IMG/VR virus record: IMGVR_UViG_3300050821_001527
Location: 96,001 to 160,000 of that record
DNA length: 64,000 bases
DNA from: a virus
Taxonomy: Duplodnaviria > Caudoviricetes
Strand: one strand, 5' to 3'
The notes under the pieces are model-generated. The model was not told where the DNA came from, did not search any database, and was given only the letters and a program-made list of their open reading frames with translations. Positions 18,427-26,128 of the stretch are shown here, in pieces (position 1 is the stretch's first letter; every line of letters begins with the position of its first letter). The position numbers were made by a program, and so were the translations under genes.

Positions 18427-19004
18427 TCCAGCCTCAAAATCGAACCAATATAGCCCCCCTGCGTCTTGTTGGCTATAACCTTCACCTTGACTACCCTGTC
18501 CTTTGCCAGAACCCTGAACGTATCTTCTGCGTCAATCCCATCCCTAATACACTCGTTCCAATGAGCCTCTACGCGCTCTCGGTCATCCGGGTGAATAATG
18601 TTCTTCCATCCGTTCCCTAAAAACACCGTCGAACTTTTGCCAAAGAACTGGGCATACTTCTCATTGACCCAAGTGCAGAAACCTGTGGGGTCGCTTTCAA
18701 AAATCGGGATTTCTTGGTTTTCCATAATCCAACGCTGGCGATAGAAGATTTTTTCAGTAAGCTCGTTGTTACGGGTAATGTCTTTCTCCATTTTGGAGAT
18801 TTTATCTTTCAGGGAGGAGCCGTGGTTCGGGGTAAGTTCAGTAAATACAACCATCAGCCTTTCTCTATCCTGCTTGAGAGATACCACAGTTTTTCGCAGC
18901 CACCTAATCATAACATGGCCCGTTTTCCACAGAAAGCCTAGTCCAGCTATGGCAGCAGCGATAGTATAGTAGATATTCTCCGGTGATGTCAAGTGAAAAG
19001 TCAT
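18423..19004 (-). CDS. Membrane protein with C-terminal PAS domain
   Basis: One TM helix, ELTPNHGSSLKD motif, PAS (WVNE, LGNGWKNIIHPDD). Confidence 0.8.
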   Translation of the reverse strand: MTFHLTSPENIYYTIAAAIAGLGFLWKTGHVMIRWLRKTVVSLKQDRERLMVVFTELTPNHGSSLKDKISKMEKDITRNNELTEKIFYRQRWIMENQEIPIFESDPTGFCTWVNEKYAQFFGKSSTVFLGNGWKNIIHPDDRERVEAHWNECIRDGIDAEDTFRVLAKDRVVKVKVIANKTQGGYIGSILRLD

Positions 19005-19167
19005 ATTGTTCCTGCCAATAATTACACACATTGATTGGATAAGAGACATTTGTAGGGTAAATACGGACAAATTTTTTGAATAAAACACCCGTTCCGTGTA
19101 TCATATACTTGAAGGCGGAACTGTGTTCCCCTTCGTAAAAGTCGCCCAAGGGCGCAGAAAGGCAAAA

Positions 19168-20028
19168 ATGTATCGCTACGATACCGAAGTAGAAATACTG
19201 GTCAATGGGAAACCAGTCCGCAAATACTCCCACGAAGGCAAAACCTTCATTCAGGCCAACCGAGGCACTCCCTACGCAATCAGAGTCAAGAACAACTCCC
19301 CAAACAGGCGCATGTTCAATGTTTCTGTTGACGGGGTAAATGTCGTCAACGGTCAGCCCGCAGGTTCCTCGAACCTTGGATACGTCATTCCCGGTTATTC
19401 GTCTTACGAAGTCGTCGGTTTCCGCACGTCCAACGAGGAAGTCCACCCGTTCAAATTCAACATCAAGGAGCGCAGCTATGCCGCGAAATCCGATGAAACC
19501 CAAGGTGATACGTCGAATTGTGGCGTGATTGGGGTTGAGGTTTACGAGGAAAAAGAGAAGCCACAGCCTGTCGTTAAGCACGTTCACCACTACCACAAGG
19601 AGAAGGAATACATTCCTTACGACCCATATCCGTGGCGTTCAAGACCTTGGCGTCCTTGGAGCGAGCCTATCTGGACGTGTAATTTGGGCGACTCTGGTGC
19701 TGGGGAAATGCTCCGCAGTTCTTCCGCGACACGCGGCCTGAGTGCGGGAAACATCACCGCCAAGTGTGCGAACATGAGCTTCTCGGCGGAATCCGCTAAT
19801 CTGGCCGGTGCCGAATCATGGAGTGCCGGGACAGAATTCTCGAAAGATGCTGTGGAAGACCGTGTTACCACAACCAGTTTCGAGATTGGAAGCCTGTTGA
19901 CGACCTTTGAAATCTTCTACGACTTCAAGGAAGGCTTGCTCAAGACTGGCGTTCCTATCACGAAGGAGGCTAAAGTCGCAGCCCCTTCCGCGTTCCCGAG
20001 CCGCTTCTGCAAGCCGCCAAGGGATTAA
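19168..20028 (+). CDS. Conserved phage hypothetical protein
   Basis: VSVDGVNV, GYV, GFRTSN, GVIGVEVYEE motifs. Confidence 0.7.
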   Translation: MYRYDTEVEILVNGKPVRKYSHEGKTFIQANRGTPYAIRVKNNSPNRRMFNVSVDGVNVVNGQPAGSSNLGYVIPGYSSYEVVGFRTSNEEVHPFKFNIKERSYAAKSDETQGDTSNCGVIGVEVYEEKEKPQPVVKHVHHYHKEKEYIPYDPYPWRSRPWRPWSEPIWTCNLGDSGAGEMLRSSSATRGLSAGNITAKCANMSFSAESANLAGAESWSAGTEFSKDAVEDRVTTTSFEIGSLLTTFEIFYDFKEGLLKTGVPITKEAKVAAPSAFPSRFCKPPRD

Positions 20029-20045
20029 AATTCAATAAATATGCA

Positions 20046-20080
20046 GCCCGCCCTTAGAGATGGGGGCGGGTTTTTTCTTT
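20046..20080 (+). terminator. Intrinsic terminator
   Basis: CCCGCCC/GGGCGGG stem then T-run. Confidence 0.8.
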
Positions 20081-20362
20081 TCAGAAAGCCCTTGACACAA
20101 ACAGAAAACTCGCGTAATCTTAGTAAAGATGAGCGAAGTTCGAGAGTCGAAAAAGATTCTTGAAAAAAGTTCAAAAAAGATTTGACATTAGGTGAAAATC
20201 TGTGTAATATAGTTTTGAAGATGAAATTTAGTTCGACAATTAGTAAACAGCGTAGAGGCGAGAGCCTCGATAGGGCTTTGTGCCCCGTGCTGCAAACTAA
20301 TTATGCGTGGACGGGGGAAACTATGGGCGGCTAATCGAACCCTAAAAAGGTAAGAAAGGTCG

Positions 20363-20392
20363 CCCGAGAGAGAAATCTTTCGGGTTTTTTGT
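20363..20392 (+). terminator. Intrinsic terminator after a 37-codon ORF (20221-20334)
   Basis: CCCGA..TCGGG stem then TTTTTT. Confidence 0.65.
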
Positions 20393-20432
20393 TTTGTCGG
20401 TAAGTCGGAAAGTCAGGCAGAAAAGAAAAAGC

Positions 20433-20461
20433 TTGACAAGGTTAGAAAAGTCGGATACAAT
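20433..20461 (+). promoter_or_regulatory. Sigma70-type promoter of the tRNA array
   Basis: TTGACA-17-TACAAT. Confidence 0.75.
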
Positions 20462-20681
20462 GGGTTGAGCGGTGAGTGAAGCTCCCCAAAAAGAATTTAG
20501 GCTTAGACCAGTAGATGTGCCTTAAACATCATGCTGCGTTCGGTATCGCCAGCAGGGTTGTCCCTGAACAGATATTTGAGCGACTGAAACAGGTGTTCTC
20601 CTTGTATCGTTTACCCGAGCAAGTCGAGATACTGTTAAGTGTTATGGGATTCATCAGTCTAGCAGAAAAATCCCAATATTT

Positions 20682-20755
20682 GCGGTAGTGGTGAAATAGT
20701 ATCACACGACGTTGCCAACGTTGAAGCGTCGGGGCAGAACCGACTTACCGCACCA
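20682..20755 (+). tRNA. tRNA-Gly(GCC)
   Basis: Cloverleaf, loop TTGCCAA, T-loop GGCAGAA, CCA. Confidence 0.85.
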
Positions 20756-20833
20756 ATTACTTCTCGCAGGAGTGCGATGGGCCAATCCAAAAGGTTCGCC
20801 CGCTAAAAACTCCCCGTCCAACGACGGGCATAC

Positions 20834-20905
20834 ATCCAGTTGTTCAAGAGAACAATGCGAACTCCAAATCCGCAGAGCAGGGCGCGATACCTTGACTGGA
20901 TGCCA
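20834..20905 (+). tRNA. tRNA-Trp(CCA)
   Basis: Loop CTCCAAA, G73, T-loop CGCGATA, tiny D loop. Confidence 0.75.
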
Positions 20906-20906
20906 T

Positions 20907-21386
20907 TTAATGAGGGTTGTGTTTGACGACCCTTTCGCATAGAGCGATAAACTCGTCAACCGAAAGGTCTTGTTTAGCGTAGTTCACTTCGCTAGTAACC
21001 AAGCCACAGTTCGCCAGAGATGATTCGCCGCCTTTTGAAACTGCGACGATATGGTCTAGGGAATAGGTTTCCGGCTTGGAAATGTCAATTCTTTCACCAG
21101 TAAGATAGCAGCGTGGCTCACTTCCGATTTTATCCTTGAGTTGTTGAACGGTGAATTTGACGACTTTTGGGCGCACAGAACTTCTTCGATTGCCCCTGTA
21201 AAACGTCGCAATCTTAGAAACGAGAGGATTAGTTTCTCGGTAGTTTTTGGTGTTCTTTTGCATAGAAAGCTTTCTGTTCGGGCTGAAACGGTAGATAAGA
21301 GTCCATTTTGAGATTCCGGTTTCCTTGGCAACCGCGTCATAGCTCATTCCGTCAGTAAGCATTTTTTGAATTTTTTCATCGTTCAT
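20907..21386 (-). CDS. HNH homing endonuclease with N-terminal HTH
   Basis: CYLTG, SLDHIVAVSKGG..SLANC, N.AK; GTGTAATA 6 nt upstream. Confidence 0.85.
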   Translation of the reverse strand: MNDEKIQKMLTDGMSYDAVAKETGISKWTLIYRFSPNRKLSMQKNTKNYRETNPLVSKIATFYRGNRRSSVRPKVVKFTVQQLKDKIGSEPRCYLTGERIDISKPETYSLDHIVAVSKGGESSLANCGLVTSEVNYAKQDLSVDEFIALCERVVKHNPH

Positions 21387-21392
21387 ACAAGA

Positions 21393-21400
21393 TATTACAC
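21393..21400 (-). promoter_or_regulatory. Phage GTGTAATA promoter motif
   Basis: 6 nt upstream of ATG 21386. Confidence 0.65.
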
Positions 21401-21437
21401 TTGCAAATTGCCAGTGGGAACTTGCAATGACGATTTT

Positions 21438-21509
21438 GGGCGTGTGTAGAAGGCTACTGGTTTGCTTTGCAAGCAAATTGTCGGGGAGCGTTACCCCGCA
21501 TGTCCACCA
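21438..21509 (+). tRNA. tRNA-Ala(TGC)
   Basis: G3:U70, loop TTTGCAA, T-loop AGCGTTA. Confidence 0.85.
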
Positions 21510-21515
21510 ATTTTA

Positions 21516-21678
21516 CGGGTGTTGGCGAAAGTCAGTCAAGCTGACAGCGGAACCGTTAGAAAACCCGCCAAACGCAACCTCAAGTGTGGAGAATACTGGC
21601 TCATATAATTGCCTGAAAAGGCGATACAATGGGGGTTTTTAATGTCTCCTTGTGGGTATAACTCCCACACACCCGCCA
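21516..21678 (+). ncRNA. tRNA-like RNA with ~110-nt insert replacing the anticodon loop
   Basis: CGGGTGT/ACACCCG-CCA, T-arm GTGGG-TATAACT-CCCAC, inner TAGAAAACCC/GGGTTTTTA helix. Confidence 0.55.
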
Positions 21679-21679
21679 A

Positions 21680-21875
21680 TTTCAGTAGCATTAGCGGTTA
21701 AGGCAATACGATTAGTTACGTGAGCCTCCGTCCACAAGGTAGTGGGTATAATCAAGAAACAAGTGACTCGGTGCCTAAAAGGAGTCATCCCAATGAGCGG
21801 GCGAAAGCTTGTCGCGTTCACCGATTACAAGGTGCATTGGTGCGATAAATGCAGGGTGCGAATCCCAAGCTGAAA
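21680..21875 (+). ncRNA. Structured RNA ending in a T-arm-like hairpin
   Basis: TTTCAG/CTGAAA closing stem, GGG-TGCGAAT-CCC, internal hairpins. Confidence 0.4.
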
Positions 21876-21997
21876 GTATTTCTATCGGCATCAACACAAT
21901 GAACACACCGGCTTAAATGAGTTTCATAACTATGTTGAGTTAGCCGCGTGGTGCTGGTGAGTCGGCGGGTAATCAATCCCGTATGGAGAAAAGTTTC

Positions 21998-22071
21998 GGG
22001 GTTGTGGTTCAATAGCAGAACGGCGGATTCGCAATTCGCAGACGACGGCGCGATACCGTCCTACTCCACCA
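21998..22071 (+). tRNA. tRNA-Ala(CGC)
   Basis: G3:U70, loop TTCGCAA, T-loop CGCGATA. Confidence 0.85.
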
Positions 22072-22081
22072 ATTTCAATTT

Positions 22082-22158
22082 CCGGCCTGCCGTTTGGGTG
22101 CGAGTCCCAAGTTTAAGCAAGTGAAAGCGGCTAACTAGCATAGGTCAATGGTCGGCCA
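22082..22158 (+). ncRNA. Circularly permuted tRNA-like (Y-RNA-like) RNA 1
   Basis: CCGGCC/GGTCGG closing stem; T-arm TTGGG-TGCGAGT-CCCAA precedes D-arm-like TAGCATAGGTCAATG. Confidence 0.5.
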
Positions 22159-22162
22159 ATTT

Positions 22163-22236
22163 GGGGTCATAGTTCAATAGTAGAACGCGAGGCTGGCAGT
22201 CTTGTAATCAGAGTGCGATTCTCTGTGGCTCCACCA
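22163..22236 (+). tRNA. tRNA-Ala(GGC)
   Basis: G3:U70, loop CTGGCAG, T-loop TGCGATT. Confidence 0.85.
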
Positions 22237-22343
22237 ATTTCTGAAACGTTCGGGATGGTGTAACGCGCTTTGGCGGTTCATTCGCCATTGCGAACTTCCG
22301 TTGTATCGAGAGAAGCGAAACGGCGTTTCGGGCAAACTTTAAT

Positions 22344-22437
22344 GGCCGGTGTCCCCATCGGGAGTCTGTAAAACTTCTATGCTTACAAATGTGATGGGAA
22401 GTTGCACCGAAGGAGCGTTACCTTCACCGCGCCACCA
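22344..22437 (+). tRNA. D-armless tRNA-Tyr(GTA)-like RNA
   Basis: Loop CTGTAAA, 10-nt D replacement, 31-nt variable region, T-loop AGCGTTA, ACCA. Confidence 0.6.
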
Positions 22438-22449
22438 ATTTCTTCTTGA

Positions 22450-22648
22450 CCGAAAACCAGACCTGTAAACCGAATGTCCCGGTAGGTTGCACGTATTGGT
22501 GAGTAAGAGGACACAGGAAGGAAAATTTTCATCCACTGGCGCACTGGCGCTAGTGCGAGATTCGGGGTGGGTGGCAATGAAGACCGAAGCCCCGACAACG
22601 CGAAACCTGCAAAAAGTGGTTTAACTACCGAGAGAGAGGACTCGGCGT
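22450..22648 (+). ncRNA. Unknown pseudoknotted structured RNA
   Basis: Crossing pairings CCGAA/TTCGG and GTAGGTT/AACCTGC, nested CCTG/CAGG and TGTCC/GGACA. Confidence 0.4.
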
Positions 22649-22651
22649 AAT

Positions 22652-22727
22652 GGTGGTATTGATGTAATAGTTAGCATCTTCCCCTGTGAAGGGAACTGTG
22701 CGGGTGCGAATCCCGTATATCACCCCA
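22652..22727 (+). tRNA. tRNA-His(GTG)
   Basis: G-1:C73, loop CTGTGAA, T-loop TGCGAAT. Confidence 0.9.
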
Positions 22728-22753
22728 ATTTCATTCACGTAGAACATGAAAGT

Positions 22754-22761
22754 GTGTAATA
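22754..22761 (+). promoter_or_regulatory. Phage GTGTAATA promoter motif
   Basis: 6 nt upstream of ATG 22768. Confidence 0.65.
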
Positions 22762-22767
22762 AAAGTT

Positions 22768-23214
22768 ATGAGCAGCGTTGACTCACTCGAAAACCACGAC
22801 CAGTTCCATTTGGAACAACTGCACAAGCTTTCCTGTCAAAGCGGCTCGAAGGACATTCTCGTTATTGACGATAGCACGGGCGACTTGATGGACATTCAGA
22901 AGATTATGAACCTCAAGTATGCAGACCAATTTCACGTAAGGTATTGTCTGGACGCTGAAAAGGGGATTGAGATTCTCAAGGAAAACAATTTCTTTTTGGT
23001 TTTGCTCGATTTCAAGATGCCGAAGTTGAACGGTCTTGAAGTAATCGAGACGGTAAACAAGATGAAGCAGAACGTTCCGTTCGTAGTTTTGACGGGATAC
23101 GGCGACCCATCCATGCGCGAAGCATTGACAAGATTGGGCGTAATGCTCCTGTTGGACAAGCCAATCACGGAGAAGAAGCTGGACATGCTCCTGACTTTGA
23201 CTCACGCGAAATAA
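22768..23214 (+). CDS. Stand-alone response-regulator receiver (CheY-like)
   Basis: ILVIDD, LLD.KMP..NG, VVLTG, DKP. Confidence 0.9.
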   Translation: MSSVDSLENHDQFHLEQLHKLSCQSGSKDILVIDDSTGDLMDIQKIMNLKYADQFHVRYCLDAEKGIEILKENNFFLVLLDFKMPKLNGLEVIETVNKMKQNVPFVVLTGYGDPSMREALTRLGVMLLLDKPITEKKLDMLLTLTHAK

Positions 23215-23219
23215 TTTCT

Positions 23220-23296
23220 GGCCGCATAGCTCAAATAGATAGAGCAGCACCCCGCGAAGGTGAAGGTTGTAGGTGCGACTCCTACTGTGGCTACCA
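23220..23296 (+). tRNA. tRNA-Arg(GCG)-like with 6-nt anticodon loop
   Basis: CACC-CGCGAA-GGTG lacks U33; rest of cloverleaf intact. Confidence 0.6.
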
Positions 23297-23493
23297 TTTT
23301 CCCGCATAGTCCGTTGAGCAGCCCCGTAGCAACGAGGAAACAAAAGCTTGATGGTTCAGCCAAGCCGTGCGCCAGCGCGGTATTTGCGTGGTGCGAGTCC
23401 ACGGGGAACGATTTATCCCCCTGCTGGTATAGTCCAGCGAAGTAGGTGAGGCTAACCTATGAGTGGTTCGTAACGCACAAGAGGGAATTTTAT

Positions 23494-23576
23494 GGGCATG
23501 TAACCGAAGCAGTCCTCGAAACTGATTAACCGTAATTATGTTGCAAATGTGGGTGAGATTCCCTCCATGCCTACCA
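23494..23576 (+). tRNA. D-armless tRNA-Arg(TCG)-like RNA
   Basis: GGGCATG/CATGCCT-ACCA, CAGT-CCTCGAA-ACTG, long variable region. Confidence 0.55.
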
Positions 23577-23662
23577 ATTTCTCTGTTTGACAATCGAGCC
23601 TAAATAGTCTGCACAGACGGCGCGGGTTCGTAGATGTTGTGCGAAACGGAGGATTCATTTCT

Positions 23663-23755
23663 GTTCCCGTAGCTGAAAGACAGCCGGTGCCCTTATAAAG
23701 CACTTAATCGCTAGATTGGCGTAAGACTCAGGAGCGTTACCTGACGGGAATACCA
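23663..23755 (+). tRNA. tRNA with TAT (Ile) anticodon and long variable arm
   Basis: Loop CTTATAA, D arm GCTG-AAAGA-CAGC, V hairpin TAATC/GATTG; 7/5 or 8/4 fold possible. Confidence 0.7.
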
Positions 23756-23762
23756 AATTTTA

Positions 23763-23846
23763 CGCATCGTGACATAAGCGCGAATAGCACAGCCACACGT
23801 CTCAAAAATGTGAGTTTTAAGGGTGCGAGTCCCTTCGATGCGACCA
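23763..23846 (+). tRNA. tRNA-Leu(CAA), short V, expanded D region
   Basis: Loop CTCAAAA, T-loop TGCGAGT. Confidence 0.7.
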
Positions 23847-23852
23847 ATTTAT

Positions 23853-23928
23853 GTGCCTATGATGGAATAGCATACATACCAGCCTCAGAAGTTGGGTTTT
23901 GCAGGTGCGAGTCCTGCTAGGCATACCA
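23853..23928 (+). tRNA. tRNA-Leu(CAG), short variable loop
   Basis: Loop CTCAGAA, V=GTTTT. Confidence 0.8.
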
Positions 23929-23933
23929 TTTCC

Positions 23934-24017
23934 CGCTCCGTGACCTTGTAGCGAACAGCACAGCTTGCCGTCTTAGACACGGTGGTTTTGCAGGTGCGAG
24001 TCCTGTCGGAGCGACCA
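23934..24017 (+). tRNA. tRNA-Leu(TAG), short V, expanded D region
   Basis: Loop CTTAGAC, T-loop TGCGAGT. Confidence 0.75.
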
Positions 24018-24022
24018 ATTTA

Positions 24023-24110
24023 GCCAGTGTGGTGAAAGAGCAGACACACCATCTTGAGAAGGTGGCGCGAATAAAGTAGCGTGTAGGTGCGAATCCTATC
24101 ACTGGCACCA
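24023..24110 (+). tRNA. tRNA-Leu(GAG)
   Basis: Loop TTGAGAA, long V arm. Confidence 0.9.
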
Positions 24111-24192
24111 ATTTCCTAATGGAAGGTCTGTTAGGACACAGTAGCAGTCGAGATTCTAACCGCCTCGCCGGGGCGTTGCTACACGGCATTAC

Positions 24193-24267
24193 GGTCTATT
24201 GTTGAATGAGTTATCATAGTTCCCTGTCACGGAGCAATAACGGGTGCGAGTCCCGTATAGACCGCCA
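24193..24267 (+). tRNA. tRNA-Asp(GTC)
   Basis: Loop CTGTCAC, G73. Confidence 0.9.
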
Positions 24268-24345
24268 TTTTACGGCTGAGTTAGCGATTCCTGCGCGTGG
24301 GAACGAGACGATTCACTTCGTTTAACTGATGAAGCCGCCAATTTT

Positions 24346-24422
24346 GGGATAGAAGGTAAAGTAGTGGAACCGTTCCGTTGTCTGCGGAAAAAAAGTGGGT
24401 GCGACTCCCATCTATCTCGCCA
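24346..24422 (+). tRNA. tRNA-Asp(GTC), atypical loop TTGTCTG
   Basis: Cloverleaf, G73, U37. Confidence 0.75.
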
Positions 24423-24517
24423 TTTTGTCAGAGAAGTCCGTCAACCATGCGGTTGACCCGTATGGAGAACGTCGAGTTCAGACATATTGTATAGCTGGCC
24501 ACTTAGGACTTCCGTTC

Positions 24518-24595
24518 AGTCAGTGAGGGAGTAAGATAACCCCGACGCCTGCAAAGCGTTTCGTATAGTCGGAGCATTACCGACACTGACTTCCA
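24518..24595 (+). tRNA. tRNA-Cys(GCA)
   Basis: Loop CTGCAAA, U73, T-loop AGCATTA. Confidence 0.85.
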
Positions 24596-24599
24596 TTTC

Positions 24600-24676
24600 G
24601 TCCTAATGGTGTAAGGGAATTACAACACGGTAGTCTTCGGACTACAGATGCAAGCCAACTATTGCAAGGGACTCCA
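24600..24676 (+). pseudogene. Degenerate tRNA-like gene with anticodon arm capped by C-TTCG-G
   Basis: D arm and CCA present; GTAGTC-TTCG-GACTAC; 8-nt T-loop. Confidence 0.45.
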
Positions 24677-24680
24677 ATTT

Positions 24681-24757
24681 CGGTTTGTCGCCTAGTGTTC
24701 ATGGCACTCGCCTTGGGAGCGAGCATAACGCGGGTTAAAATCCCGCCAAGCCGACCA
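24681..24757 (+). tRNA. tRNA-Pro(TGG)
   Basis: CGG start, loop CTTGGGA, T-loop TTAAAAT. Confidence 0.85.
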
Positions 24758-24765
24758 TTTTTTAG

Positions 24766-24843
24766 ACGGGGTATAATGTCAGCAGCTAGACGGCTCCCTT
24801 CGGAGGGGAGAGGCCGTGGGTGCGAATCCCACTACCCCGACCA
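24766..24843 (+). tRNA. tRNA-Pro(CGG)
   Basis: Loop TTCGGAG, T-loop TGCGAAT. Confidence 0.9.
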
Positions 24844-24847
24844 TTTA

Positions 24848-24919
24848 TGCAGGAAGAATGAGATTCAAGCGGGCCTCATAAGCCTACCCCCGTGGACGCG
24901 ACTTCCACTCCTGCTTCCA
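24848..24919 (+). tRNA. tRNA(CAT)-like, reduced D arm
   Basis: Loop CTCATAA, T-loop CGCGACT. Confidence 0.55.
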
Positions 24920-24963
24920 TTTTTTATCGAACAGAAACCGTTCTCCGATATAATAGATATTTA

Positions 24964-25041
24964 CGCGGGGTGGACAAGTAGTAAGTCGTTGGCCTCATAA
25001 GCCAAATATCGTCAGGTGCGATTCCTGACCTCACGCAACCA
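24964..25041 (+). tRNA. Initiator-type tRNA-fMet(CAT)
   Basis: CGCGGGG start, C1:A72 mismatch, loop CTCATAA. Confidence 0.8.
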
Positions 25042-25044
25042 TTT

Positions 25045-25461
25045 ATGGAAGACGCCGTTCTCAACACGCAAAAAGCCTTGGACACCGCATTGGCATCATT
25101 GAATGCGCTGGCTAAAAAAGATTACGTTCCTCCGACAACCCCCGACATTGACCCCGAAACTGAAATGCCGATTAAAGGGAATGGCACGGAAGAATATGAT
25201 ACCGAAGACGCTTACGAGGATGGGGAAGAAGCAGTCCGTCTGTGCATTGAAATTGCCCAGTTGAGGCTAGAGGTCGAGGGCCAGCCCCGCCGTGCTATCG
25301 TCAACACGGAAAAGGCGGCAGAAATCCGAGCAAGGGGAGCGATTGACAAGGTAAGACCAGAGCGTCACCTGAGCGTTTCTCCCGAACTTATCAAGAGTAT
25401 CGAACATTCCGTAGCTAAACCGGAAATGATGTTCTTCGTTTTGGAAGAACCCAAGGAATAA
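25045..25461 (+). CDS. Acidic hypothetical protein
   Basis: 138-aa ORF between tRNAs. Confidence 0.65.
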   Translation: MEDAVLNTQKALDTALASLNALAKKDYVPPTTPDIDPETEMPIKGNGTEEYDTEDAYEDGEEAVRLCIEIAQLRLEVEGQPRRAIVNTEKAAEIRARGAIDKVRPERHLSVSPELIKSIEHSVAKPEMMFFVLEEPKE

Positions 25462-25467
25462 GATTTC

Positions 25468-25542
25468 GCGTTGTTGGCAGAGAAGTGATGCGCTTGCCTT
25501 CCAAGCAAGTTTAAGTGGGAGCATTACCCACACAACGCTCCA
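25468..25542 (+). tRNA. tRNA-Gly(TCC)
   Basis: Loop CTTCCAA, U73. Confidence 0.9.
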
Positions 25543-25545
25543 ATT

Positions 25546-25970
25546 TGTCCGAAGCTATAATCCCCGTGCGTAATAGCACTAAGCGCAAGTAGGCCGAAAG
25601 GCAGAACCGTGATGGTGGATGAACTGCTCGTCTAAAATATCGGCTACATAATTTAGTCAGGTCGTCGGTCTGTCGTTGCGGTGAGCAATCACCAAGCCTA
25701 TGGGACGGCGGCTCGAAAAGGTATCCGTAAGCTGGCAGGAATCGCTTGTGCAAGATTCCACTACCGAAGGAGAATGCGGCGAAAGCCAAGTTCGTTCGCA
25801 CTTGTAGTAGGTCAGTCATCTCAGCCGAGGCAGGCATTTTCAAAATCGTTAGGGTTAGTCCAACCACGGTAAAACGTGAGAGGGGTCATAAAAGACTGCA
25901 AGCGTCACCCTGCCTAAAACCCCCTGTTGGTGAGTGGATAGTTGAAAACGAGGTCAGCGATGACCTGACT
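25546..25970 (+). ncRNA. Candidate large (~425 nt) structured ncRNA
   Basis: No credible ORF or tRNA; GNRA-capped hairpins at 25593, 25680, 25778, 25952. Confidence 0.55.
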
Positions 25971-25973
25971 TTT

Positions 25974-26049
25974 AGCCGCATGGTGAAATTACAATCACAC
26001 AATCCTGCGAAGATTGAAGTCCCGGTGAGATTCCGGGTGCTGGCTACCA
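25974..26049 (+). tRNA. tRNA-Arg(GCG)
   Basis: Loop CTGCGAA, T-loop TGAGATT. Confidence 0.85.
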
Positions 26050-26053
26050 TTTT

Positions 26054-26128
26054 GCGACATAGGTGTTTATAGATACACGCGAGTCTTCCAAACTTGAGTA
26101 GTGAGTGCGATACTCACACGTCGCTCCA
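26054..26128 (+). tRNA. tRNA-Gly(TCC)
   Basis: Loop CTTCCAA, U73. Confidence 0.85.

Noticed and set aside
21567-21608. Tag-like frame AKRNLKCGEYWLI* inside the 21516 tRNA-like shell
   Set aside because: Acceptor has no G3:U70 and no tmRNA-type D loop; a 13-codon frame is expected by chance
22271-22287. Hairpin TGGCG-GTTCATT-CGCCA read as a tRNA-Sec/opal (TCA) anticodon arm
   Set aside because: No T-arm, CCA end or Sec-type acceptor around it; loop has G32 and U37
24326-24332. CTGATGA hammerhead core
   Set aside because: The partner GAAA is missing at the required position (GAGT after the stem strand)
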